This document shows positions 1 through 11,681 of a stretch of 64,000 nucleotides of DNA, piece by piece. A program made the position numbers and the translations under genes. The notes beneath the pieces were generated by a model. That model had not been told where the DNA came from. It ran no database searches and saw only the letters and a program-made list of their open reading frames with translations. Position 1 is the stretch's first letter; each line of letters opens with the position of its first letter. Source of the DNA: Eledone cirrhosa (Eukaryota); the NCBI GenBank assembly GCA_964016885.1, contig OZ024750.1:10974001-11038000 (forward strand), written 5' to 3'.

Positions 1-4
1 ATTT

Positions 5-7
<3 letters not shown>

Positions 8-62
<55 letters not shown>

Positions 63-153
63 ATGTGTGTGTGTGTATGTGTGTGCGTGCGTGTGTGTGT
101 GTGTGTGTGTGCGTGTGTGTGTGTTTGTGTGTATGTGTGTGTGTGTGTGTGTG
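8..153. repeat. compound (TA)n-(TG)n microsatellite
   Basis: Visible dinucleotide runs. Confidence 0.95.
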
Positions 154-2137
154 TAAGTATATATATGTACACACACACGCACATATTTATATCTCGCCAG
201 TTACATCGATTGAATTTTAATGATATGAAAGTTTAAATGTCGGCCATATCGCTACACTTCAAAGAAATTGAATGTTGTCTCTTCAAAGATAGAAATTTTG
301 CAGTCGGCATGCAGAAAGATGAAAGGAAATATTTCTTTAGATGGACCATTATAGGACAACTGAAATCGTGACTAGAAAGTAGTATCAATGAAGATGAGAC
401 AAAAATAAGGGAGACTGGTAGACCTTTAACATCTAGGCTGAGGCTGGATGTGTGATAACATGTTCTCGTGTGTAAATCTTAAAGAATAAATTTTTGACGT
501 ACTTGGAGGAATTGTTATTAATTTTGAGTTCGATTGAAATTAAATTTCAAGTATTGAACATTGCGTTTTAAGTTAAAAACTATAACTTATTTATTTTAAT
601 TTAAAAACTATATTTTATTCCTTTTAAGTTAAAAATTTAATTTATATGTTTTATGTTAACAAACTATATTTCATTCCTGTTAAGTTAAAAACTATATTTT
701 ATTCGTTTTCAAAGTCGAATATTACAACATATCGCACTTCTTCAAAGGAATCTGAAATCTGTGATACATATATCTTTTCATATGTATTTGTATTTTCATG
801 GTGTGTGATAAATTTCTGTTTCCAACTGTTTCACGGTATATTTTTTGACGTACTTAGAAATAATGTTATGAAATTTGAATAAATTTGAAATTAAACCTTG
901 GTCTTTCAACATTAGATGAAACAACATCGAATCTTATAAAGAAAAATCTACCTTTAAAGAAATACGGTAACAAAAATCGGATATTCAATATATTTCTAAA
1001 AGAGAAGATGTTTCCCATGTATATATATAAAAAATCACGTCTAAATGATTATTGAAAATGTTTCTAGAATTCTCTATTTTCATCGTCAGTGGAAGCGATG
1101 TTGGCGTATGTTACTCACCCTTTGTCTTACACATTAGCCGTATGATTGGTATAGACGCTAACGAAATAAGTTTTATGACTGTTAGATGAGTCAGATGTGT
1201 ATAACCATTTTTGATTAGTATATGTTGACGAGGTTTATTTTGGCATTGAGCTGTGCAGCGAATATTGCTTGCCCCATTAATCATTTCTTTTTCCGAGAAT
1301 ATAGATGATTCTCTCGATTTCCATGTTTATATTGGTCATTCATATACACCTTTCTTCCGTCGACTCACATGCCTATCCAACAGCGAGGAATCGCAATGTA
1401 CTTCAATACAAAGCAGAAAACATAACTAAATAAGAACACCTTCGTGGACAAATTTGTATCCTCTATAGAATTCTCCAGAATATAGATGATTAATGATGAA
1501 AACATTACTTGTAAGAAAACACATTGCTAAATATATGAGTTAGTGAATAAACATCTCGATGATACGAATTAAGATGAGCAGCGTGTCGTTCATATCTGAG
1601 TCGTTATAACATAAATCACACCTAGATATGTTATGTTGTCTAAGTTAATATGTCTTCGAATATTTTCCCTACAGCAGTAAGACATGTGTTTTATGTGGCG
1701 TTACACGGGATTACTTCATTACCTTAACACATTTTATCTTCATCCAATTATAGTCTATAGGCAAAACCTAGTCAAGCAGATATATTACAGTAACCTTAAA
1801 GTAAGTTTCCCTTGAACAATATTATCCAGCATGACATCTCTCGCTTTTAACACGTTATTTTAGGAGGCTGAGAGATTATCGCACTGGTTCGTTCGATCTT
1901 AAGATGATACGTCGCTAATTAATGGAACTCAGATTCATCATACTTCAATGTTGCAGGAAATATCTCTTGAAAATCTGATGAATAGAACAGGACAACCCTC
2001 TAGTACTGTCCAAGTTATTGACTTAGTTTGACTAAGATAGATCGATATTTTAGTGATGGTCAAACCAATAGCCAGCACGACATTATCTAAATAAAATGAT
2101 AAAGTATAAACTATTTGAAATGTAAGGAACTGTTGCC

Positions 2138-2358
<221 letters not shown>

Positions 2359-2392
2359 AAACAACAACAAAACAATAGAGACAAAAAAATTA

Positions 2393-2431
2393 CTAGGAGG
2401 GACATACTACTGAGTAGTATGTCCCTCCTAG
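2393..2431. repeat. perfect 39-bp palindrome (19-bp arms, 1-nt centre)
   Basis: CTAGGAGGGACATACTACT-G-AGTAGTATGTCCCTCCTAG. Confidence 0.9.
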
Positions 2432-2625
2432 CACTTACGACGATATATTTTATGAAGTTCAGAATGATGAAAGACCATGTTGATATTGCTGTTGTTTGAA
2501 CATAGAAGTTAAGGAAGTTAACATAATACCTTAAATCAAAACGCCAGACGCCATATTGATTCTACTGACAAACACTTCATTAAAATGTCTGATGATGAAT
2601 AGAAAGTAGAATCTTGTTTCCTTAA

Positions 2626-2787
<162 letters not shown>

Positions 2788-3368
2788 GGCTCTTTAACCG
2801 GAAATAAATATCCGTTTGAAGGAAATATGAAAAAAATATTAGTAATGAGAAATATCCGGATTATTTCTATTGCGACCTTTCTTTATATCATATCAATTTC
2901 TAAAAGATAATTTCGCTTGCAGTTTGCCCTTCATATATATATTCTAAGGAAGCCAAGTGAAGATTGGTGTCCACTCATCATCACCAAATAATTTACAAGA
3001 TCACAAGATAGCATACAGTGATAAGGACGATTAATTATTGCCTATACAACATAACCCTCTACGAAAGACGTCTATTTGAATGATAACACTATTGATACGT
3101 TGGATTAAGTTTGTTGGGTCACACTGGACATGGGAATTTCAAATTACTACACAGTTCACAAGAAGAATCTGGAGAAAGATTTATCGACGTTGTGCGTCAA
3201 CCCAGCCAAATCTTTTTAGAAAGATACTCAAAGACTCCATATGTTTTATAAGAATAATTCATGTGTGTGTGTGTGTAAACATGCTTACAAACAAGCATGA
3301 GTGTGAATATGTCTTACTAAAATGAAATATTGCTGTTACATCAACATCTAATTTATACTAGAAGAATA

Positions 3369-3404
3369 TATGATATGATATGATATGATATGATATGATA
3401 TGAT
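3369..3404. repeat. (TATGA)n pentanucleotide repeat
   Basis: About 7 tandem TATGA units. Confidence 0.9.
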
Positions 3405-3772
3405 TATGAAATATACCCTTGAGGAACTTTCTTTTCATGAAGATCACTAAGTTGAAACGAATGAAACAAAGAATGAATCAATTAATCTATCTTTATTATC
3501 TCACTCCAGTATCTTATAATACACAGAGTGTGTTATTTGATAAATCATAGGTATAGATAGATATTCGTCAATGAGGAAATATGTCGCTTTCGGGCTTTTA
3601 ACTAACTGAATTAACAAAATGAAAAGAAATATAGAAATATTCACAGACAAGAATGGAAATATATGAAAATCAAACAAGATTCTGTTATCGGTTTTAGCCT
3701 CAGGTAAAGTATGTTTCAGCAAACAAATGATGGAACGCGTTACATCATTGAGGACCTTTACATTTATATACA

Positions 3773-3848
<76 letters not shown>

Positions 3849-3962
3849 ACTCAACTTGAAATTGCGTATTTAAGAGACATAAGACGTACGAAATCTTGTG
3901 GGTCGTTTTTAGTAAGTTATGCGACCACGAAGCATTTATTGGCATTTAATTTCTGCAGCAAC

Positions 3963-3979
3963 AGTAGTAGTAGTAGTAA

Positions 3980-4023
<44 letters not shown>

Positions 4024-4062
4024 ATAGTGGTGGTGGTAGTGGTAATATCAGTAGTAGTAGTA
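3963..4062. repeat. (AGT)n trinucleotide repeat
   Basis: Tandem AGT with GGT variants; source of the poly-S/poly-V ORFs. Confidence 0.95.
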
Positions 4063-5237
4063 GTTGTTGTTGTCCCAGATAGGCCGCTATATACATATTC
4101 CAGAAAGTGGACGTGAAATGAAAAATTGTGGAAACAACAATAATTAATTTATTGAAATATGAAACTCTGTTGCTCTATGCGGCACACGTCTCGCGGGAGC
4201 CAATGTTTCCTTAAACAGTACTCAATTGTAATTACCACTCATCCTAGAAGCTAGGCTATGTTAAGCCTAATTTAAGCTTAACACATTAACATAAGTAGCT
4301 ATCATAAAACCAACCAATTCTCCTATCATTTAGATTATTGATTTAACAAACCCTTCAATCTTATTTTTTTTATTCGCTCTGTATCGTCTATGAAATAAAG
4401 AAGTTAAGCTCAATAAAAACGATACATTGAAATAGACACTAAAAAGTTTCTTGCATAAAGATCCACAATTTATCTTCACTAAATAAAATTGATATCCTTC
4501 ACAAATTTTAATACAATTGGTATTTGATAGTTCAAAATGTTCTTGATTTATAACAAAGAAATCTACTTAACGTAATTTTTCAATCACGATAAATGCTTTC
4601 ATAAAACATTTCATTTAGTATATCTCGTCTATTGAGTAATTTTGCGTAGTAATTTTTGTTATCTGAAACTTTGCTGGAGGTAAAACGAAGTTACTATATA
4701 TTAATAATCTAGATAGCATTCTTTATTTATTTATCTCAGAACTTCGAGTCAGAAAAGGATTCTTAATTCATTGATAGTTCGAATATGAAGTTCAATATTG
4801 TGATTTAATTATCAATTACCCTTATAGATCTCTACAGGTCACAAATAATCCTGAGACTTTTCTCTTATTTTAGAGAAAAATATTGGTTAGAAGTGGCATA
4901 TTTATATTTGTAAATAATCCCACGAAGAATTTATTAAAAAAATACATTCATTGGGTGGTAGAGTGCATTTCAGTTAATATTTAGTTGCAACGTTTTGCAA
5001 TTTAGAATTCATAACTTTTGGCATTAGAAACCCAAATATATTCATTCAGTTTAATTTTTATTCTCAAGCATGTATCTCACAGCTATATGATAACTAGGTA
5101 AATGAAATTGTTATGCAACATTTAATAATACAAATATAATTCCCCTGTATCAACAATTGGGCGAGTTGAAAAGTTTGCAAAAATACGTAAAGCAAACCCA
5201 GGGAACTTTCCCGTGAATTATAAAGTATATATATATA

Positions 5238-5321
<84 letters not shown>

Positions 5322-5324
<3 letters not shown>

Positions 5325-5470
5325 AAAAATCAAGCAGAAATAACAAAGCAAGCGACACAGTTCAATGAAGAAATATATTAGTTTTACGCTTGATATGGTA
5401 AGAAAAGTATCTTAACGTTTCGGGTGCTAGTCTCTCATCAGAAAATAGAATGAGAAATTAAAGAAGAAAT
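5322..5470 (-). mobile_element. PLE-like pLTR remnant, family D, with minimal hammerhead motif
   Basis: Minus strand 5445-5410 reads TTTT-CTGATGA-GAGACTAGCACCC-GAAA-CG-TT-AAGA; the 3' end abuts (TG)n; related to 21697-21820 and 50793-50912. Confidence 0.6.
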
Positions 5471-5559
5471 AGATAAAGGAATGTGGGCAGCGGCAGAAAT
5501 GAAATGAAATTTCTTTGAGGAAAAAACAAAACAAACAAAAACAGGTTTATTCAAGTCAA

Positions 5560-5660
5560 TCTGCTTATCAGACTGGTGATTCAAGATTCTGGAGTCGGGT
5601 CCCTAGATGCCATAAGTGACCCTGAACCAATTACCTGCGAAACGCGCGTAACAGGACGAT
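5560..5660 (+). mobile_element. repeat family H with HHR 3' half (GAAAC-GCGC-GTA)
   Basis: GCGAAACGCGCGTA at 5637-5650, ends in (TA)n, aligns by eye with 58955-59022. Confidence 0.45.
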
Positions 5661-5690
5661 ATATATATATATACACTGAGGATGAAAAAC

Positions 5691-5975
5691 TAAGAGCTGT
5701 ATGGCCGCCTCCCAAAAGTCAGCTCAAAAGTGACACAGAGGAGACTGAGATTAGCTGGACATGCTCACCGACATCCAGAGTTGACATTGCACTCAGTGCT
5801 CCTGTGGGAGCCCTAACATGGACACACTGGAAGAGGAAGACCAAGGTTAACGTATGTTGGTGCCCTAAGGACAGACACTGGTCTGTTGGAGACGCAGGAC
5901 ATGGCAGCGATAATGAAGGACAGAGACCGCTGAAGAGAACTCATCCATGGATCTCGGGAATTTTACCCGCCCTAG
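5691..5975 (+). mobile_element. RTE-type LINE 3' fragment (decayed ORF2 C-terminus)
   Basis: Frame from 5697: LYGRLPKVSSKVTQRRLRLAGHAHRHPELTLHSVLLWEP*HGHTGRGRPRLTYVGALRTDTGL...MKDRDR*R. It has the RRLRLAGH, RGRP and DR..WR motifs of RTE-clade C-termini, with in-frame stops. Confidence 0.8.
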
Positions 5976-6082
5976 AATATATATATATATATAGAAACAT
6001 TGAATTCCAAACACAGTCGCTACAATAGAATTAGCGTTAGAAAATAAGGTAAAATAACCTTAAGGACAGAAAGCGAACGAGA

Positions 6083-6107
6083 GTGATAGATGGATAGATA
6101 GAGAGAA

Positions 6108-6138
<31 letters not shown>

Positions 6139-6174
6139 TAGAGATAGAGAGAGAGAAAGAGAGAGAGAGAGAGG

Positions 6175-6243
<69 letters not shown>
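6083..6243. repeat. (TA)n-(GA)n microsatellite
   Basis: Visible runs. Confidence 0.95.
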
Positions 6244-6247
<4 letters not shown>

Positions 6248-7545
6248 CAATTCTCTATAACACATGAAGATAAATAATCTAACGAGAATTACTTGAAACA
6301 CATTATTCTATAGAGAGTGGCGGAGAGTGAGGCAGAGTGAGGGATAATGAGGAAGAGTGAAGGAGAGTGAAGGAAAGGGAGATAACTGGCGAATCAGAGA
6401 GTGCATGAGAGAGACAGGAAGATATATATGGATGTGAATGTATGTGCACTCACAAATGCATGAGTTGTTCTAAGATATTATCGAATACGCTATGTCATTT
6501 TTTTTCTATGAAAATTAATAATTGTATTTCATTTTGGCGTCAGATGTTTTCTTGAGAAATAATTTCCTTTCATATATCTTACACCATATATATACACATC
6601 ACACAACAGCATCAATAATTTAATGCTGATTAAGTTTCATTTAGATAACCATCGGCTGTTTTTCGTGGTTATCACATTTATGTATGATATTTACTTATAA
6701 TATTTACGATAGTGCAACATATACTTACCTGTACACATTTTATACTTTTTCTGACTCACACGTTTCGTGCAATTAAAGGGTTATGAACAAATATGAATTT
6801 GGATAAAAGCGCCATAATAATTTAATATGAAATATGAACGCAGCAGATACATATTTCTGTCATTTTTATGTCGTTCGTAAACCGGCGTCCACTGTCCATA
6901 TTGTATAGAAATAATATTTATTTTTCTTTATATCGATTATTTATGCCATCAGTTTACTTATATAGATTTTGTAAGATAGAGAATATGAAACAGAAGTCAG
7001 AACAAAACAATCTGTAGAGATTTGAAAACTAAATATTTTATATATTTAACTCGTTTCTTTAAAACATCCAGCCTGGCTTTCTATCAGGTGGCTTATCTTG
7101 AAACAGCGTTGCATATGGCAGGAATTCAAAAGAAAAAAAGGAAAAATAAGACCACTGGAATAAATATAGTTTCGATCTGTATTGTTCGATCCAGCCATTC
7201 TTAATTTATTTTCACCTTGCAAGTTTACAGATTAACTACCGTTTTCGTTCCTCAATAGACTTAAATAGGCTATATATAATCGAAGGTATTCAATAACCAT
7301 ATAGAATATTTACATAATAGAATATATTCAATAAAATCGACTCGGTTTATTTTCATACAAAACATGGTCTTAAATTCAAATGTATCTTAACATGAAATTT
7401 GATTTATGTATTTTCCGAATTCTAGGTGATAGAATAGCCTCAAGATAACAGTAATAATACAAAAAGACAGCTATATGGAAGTGCGACTGACTGACATACA
7501 CACAAGCACACACAACCAAACACATATACACATAAACATACGGCG

Positions 7546-7653
7546 TATATAATATATATATATATATTATATAATATATATATATAATATATATATATAA
7601 TATATATAAATAATATATATATAATATATATATATATAATATATATAATATAT

Positions 7654-7713
<60 letters not shown>

Positions 7714-8093
7714 TATATATAATATATATATATAATATATATATATACATATAATATATATATATAATATATACATATATAATATATACATATACATATA
7801 ATATATATATATAATATATATATAATATATATATATAATATATATATATATAATATATACATATACATATAATATATATATATATAATATATATATATAA
7901 TATATATATAATATATATATATAATATATATATACATATAATATATATATATATATATATAATATATATATATATAATATATATATATAATATATATATA
8001 TATAATATATATATATATAATATATATATATAATATATAATATATATATATATATATAATATATATATAATATTATATATATATATATATCAT

Positions 8094-8127
<34 letters not shown>

Positions 8128-8386
8128 ATATATATATAATATATATATATATATAATATATATATAATATATAATATATATATATATATATAATATATAT
8201 ATATATATAATATATATATAATATATAATATATATATAATATATATATAAATATATATATAAATATATAATATATATATAATATATAATATATATATATA
8301 TATAATATATATATATATATTATATATATTATATATATATATATATATATTATATTTATATATTATATATATTATATATATATATA
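7546..8386. repeat. very long interrupted (TA)n array
   Basis: About 840 bp of TA with periodic AA interruptions; TT interruptions from about 8320. Confidence 0.95.
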
Positions 8387-8469
8387 CGTTATTCCGGGTT
8401 GAATCGGAGGTAACCACAGTAAGTAAGGTACTCAATACATAGCAGAGTATGAAAGTTTTAATATAGATG

Positions 8470-8520
8470 AGATTCTACAGGACTAGAACTGTTTCATTCT
8501 TTAGAAATCATCAGGAATCT
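8470..8520 (-). ncRNA. type I hammerhead ribozyme motif (mirror copy)
   Basis: Exact reverse complement of 8774-8824. Confidence 0.8.
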
Positions 8521-8743
8521 GGGTATCAAAAAATAAATATGGTATTTATAGGTCTCGCCAGGTGGTAGGAGAGGGTGGGGAGTGGGATGGGTAGAGGTCA
8601 TTTGTTGATAGAAAAGGGAAATCATTAAAAGCTAAATATAAACTATAGCCTTAAAGAATTAGCTTTTAATGATTTCCCTTTTCTATCAATCAATGACCTA
8701 CACCCATCCCACTCCCCACCCTCTCCTACCACCTGAAGAGACC

Positions 8744-8751
8744 TATAAATA
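8744..8751 (+). promoter_or_regulatory. putative TATA box of the family A cassette
   Basis: TATAAATA 30 nt upstream of the A of a CA dinucleotide at 8774, which is the first base of HHR stem I; mirrored in the left arm. Confidence 0.45.
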
Positions 8752-8773
8752 CCATATTTATTTTTTGATACCC

Positions 8774-8824
8774 AGATTCCTGATGATTTCTAAAGAATGA
8801 AACAGTTCTAGTCCTGTAGAATCT
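8774..8824 (+). ncRNA. type I hammerhead ribozyme motif
   Basis: Stem I AGATTC(8774-79)/GAATCT(8819-24); core CTGATGA 8780-86; stem II T-TTC-TAAA-GAA-T; GAAA 8799-8802; stem III ACAG/CTGT with loop TTCTAGTC; GUA triplet, predicted cut after 8818. Confidence 0.8.
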
Positions 8825-8909
8825 CATCTATATTAAAACTTTTATACTCTGCTATGTATTGAGTACATTACTTACTGTGGTTACCTCCGACTCAACCCGG
8901 AATAACGCA

Positions 8910-8989
8910 TATATATATAATATATATATATATATAATGTATATATATAATATATATATATATATAATATATATATATATATATAATAT

Positions 8990-9044
<55 letters not shown>

Positions 9045-9058
9045 TATATATATAATAT

Positions 9059-9110
<52 letters not shown>
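8910..9110. repeat. interrupted (TA)n array
   Basis: TA with AA interruptions. Confidence 0.95.
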
Positions 9111-9164
9111 GGAAGAGAGTCAGGACTCCGACGGATGAGTTCCGGCCGTTTCGACAGCTAGATC
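9108..9164 (-). mobile_element. family B fragment with HHR 3' half
   Basis: Minus strand GATCTAGCTGTC-GAAA-CGG-ccggaactcat-CCG-TC-GGAGTC; homologous to 14430-14554 and 25056-25132; flanked by TA. Confidence 0.6.
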
Positions 9165-9244
9165 TTATATATATATATATTTATATGTCCGTATGTGGTT
9201 GTCGACTGAGTGAAAGGACTGTTCAATATTCTAGTAGAATTTTA

Positions 9245-9365
9245 ATATTCATTTATGTTAAGGCTAAAAAGTGAGTCTCTGAACTTTCGCCTGTTTATCA
9301 TAGGATGAACCTGCGATAAACAGGTGAAACAAGACTCACTTTTTAGCCTTAATATAAATGAATAT
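9245..9365 (+). mobile_element. family C fold-back element with 5'-truncated HHR
   Basis: Arms 9245-9299 and 9315-9365; centre reads GGATGA-ACCTG-CGATAAA-CAGGT-GAAA with a perfect 5-bp stem II. Confidence 0.6.
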
Positions 9366-9442
9366 ATATATATGTATATGTATGTATGTATGTGTGTGTG
9401 TATGTGTGTGTGTACATCTATTTATAAATTAGAGAACAGAGA

Positions 9443-9482
<40 letters not shown>

Positions 9483-9536
9483 CGAGAAACAAAGAATGTA
9501 ACGCGCGCGTATGCGATTCTGTTGATTTACAATAAT

Positions 9537-9724
9537 TGTTTCTACTTTTTGGCACAAGGCCAGCAAATTACCCAGTGCATTACTGGTACTCTATTTTATC
9601 GACCCCGTAAGGATGAAAGGCAAAGTTAACCTCGGCGAGATTTGAACTCAGATCATAAAGGGACGTAACTCTATGCTTCAAAGCATGGTGTCCGACTCTC
9701 TACTGATACTGCCAATCCACCGCC
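9537..9724 (-). mobile_element. SINE family 1 (~190 bp) with 18-bp TSD
   Basis: Reverse complement of the GGCGGTGGATTGGCAGTATC...GAGTTCAAATC...GCCTTTCATCCTTACGGGGTCGATAAAAT...GTAGAAACAATT consensus; TSD CTGTTGATTTACAATAAT at 9519-9536 and 9725-9742. Confidence 0.9.
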
Positions 9725-11083
9725 CTGTTGATTTACAATAATATCTGACGGAATGATAAACAGTAACAGTCAATGTAAAATCATTTCAGATGTACACTTT
9801 ACTCTATTAGCTAGAAAAGTTTCCAAGAGGCATCAATTAATTGAAAACTTTATGTACTGTAATTCTCTCTACGGAGATTACCCTGTGAGCATAACCTAGA
9901 TTAATTTATATTCTATAAATCAAATAGATTCCCTGGTGTGTTTTCTATCGATCCAGTTTTGACACCCTCCCACACATATATCGTCCTGTCACATTGGTAA
10001 TTTGCCAAGTGTAAACCTTCTGGTCTATATGTTAAGCAAATTATATACTAAATTTTATATGCCGTACAATTATATCGGAATTCCAAAATTTCTGCTTTGT
10101 TAGTCATAAATAAACGTTGTAACATTTGTACGCTAATATTTATATACACTACACGCTCTTTTCAAAATAATAAAAATTTAAACTGATAATCATATCTAAT
10201 TATATAAGATTTAATGTTTTTCTGATGACAACATCTATTTCCCTGTAGAACTTAAACATATAATTGTGTTGATGCAACGTTCAGTTTTATGTTTTTCTTG
10301 CTTTATCCTGTAACTCCTGATGGAGTCGTAGCGGCACCATAATAGTATACAGCATTTCTTGGGCATTTTTGAAACCTGGAGAAGCCCACTCCTCTCCAGG
10401 CCTAATAGAAAATTAAACCAATCAGATTATAAAAATCTTTATAGCAACTAATCACAACATAAAAATAAAAATCCAGGTAAACATGTATTTCAATCTAATC
10501 CTCCCGTTATAAAATTTTTTGTTACTGCTCACCCATATTGAAGTTTCACCGGTCTCCCAGAAAATTATAGCAACACGAATAGTTCTTTAGCGTTTTAATA
10601 ACAGGGACCCCGACCTTCCAATGTTACTCTTTTCCGAGTGACATTAAGCAGGGTTGCGAATCGGAACACGCAAAGTCTAATTTGGTTCCGCCAATTAATC
10701 TCCTAGAATTAGTATTTTATTTATTCACTGGGAAGAGATAAAAACGAATTTTCATTCATGTGGAATGAGAAATGAACGGTTATAAATTCAATCCCAATCC
10801 AGTACACGTTTGATGACAACTACGTTTCTGTATAGAAATAGTACAAGTTTAAACCGAAGCTGTGTAAATACGTAAGTATGTGATATATGTAAATATATCT
10901 TGTTTTACGGATTCCTTCACAGAGGAAAAAAAACATTGAACTATCTGACTCGTATTTCGATACTAATTAGGCACATATAATCAAAGACCTTACTCGTCCA
11001 GCAATCAACAATTATCTATACAAAAAAAATGGCGTATATGAATCATCTATCGTTCGCAAATTGTAATAATCAGTCCGTCCCGC

Positions 11084-11225
11084 CTTCTCCATTCTGTCCG
11101 CCGGGGCTGTGGGGAGGCAGCAGGTGGGATCCCATTTGCTCACCATACGGAGAGATGGGGAGGGCTAGAGAGATGGAGGCGATGACAGTGGGCTCTTCCA
11201 CGTCCTTGTGGTTGTGCTTATTATC
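11084..11225 (+). mobile_element. CRE-like retrotransposon 3' end fragment
   Basis: High similarity to 32551-32700 (CTTCTCCATTCTGTCCGCCGG...GATGGAGGCGATGACAGTGGG...CTCTTCCACGT). Confidence 0.75.
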
Positions 11226-11500
11226 TATAGAGCATTCTATTATTCAGTTGTCATATCTGTTGGGTTTATAAATCAATTATTGTTATTTCTTTCTTCTGGA
11301 ATGTTTGAGGTGAACATGTTCTCTAAGAGTCATAACATTCACAGAGCCAAAGTTCAAGTCACAACTTTCACTCGTTTTCATTAATTTTTTTTATCTCTAA
11401 AAATGAAGTCAATATTCGTAAAAATTAAAACCACACCTATAATAGATAATACTACGCTGAAGCTGAGAGAAGAAGCGCGACCTTCGAATCTGTCCATCAT

Positions 11501-11681
11501 GCGGTGGATTGTCAGTATCGGTAGAGGGTTGGACGCCATGCTTTCTAGCATAGTTACGTCCCTTTACGGTTTGAGTTCAAATCCCGCCGAGGTTAACTTT
11601 GCTTTACGGGGTCGATAAAATAAAGTACCAGTAATATACTGGGTAATTGCTGGCCTTGTGCCTAAAGTAGAAACAATTATT
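11501..11681 (+). mobile_element. SINE family 1
   Basis: Matches the window consensus with a small internal deletion. Confidence 0.9.

Larger units (their letters stand above)
8387..8907. mobile_element. PLE-like inverted pLTR pair, family A (249-bp arms, 23-nt loop)
   Basis: 8387-8635 is the reverse complement of 8659-8907 with about 9 mismatches by eye; (TA)n on both sides; each arm holds an HHR. Confidence 0.85.

Noticed and set aside
491-913. Diverged ~70-bp direct repeat and TTAAAAACTATA repeats
   Set aside because: Low-complexity AT-rich local duplications with no further structure.
5576-6028. 150-aa ORF
   Set aside because: It crosses a TA run and is out of frame with the RTE remnant; the recognisable protein signal is in another frame and contains stops.
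8387-8907. Reading the fold-back elements as DNA-transposon MITEs with TA TSDs
   Set aside because: Sister copies occur as single arms or with unequal arms and variable turn-points, and they carry HHR motifs, which fits PLE-type inversion better.
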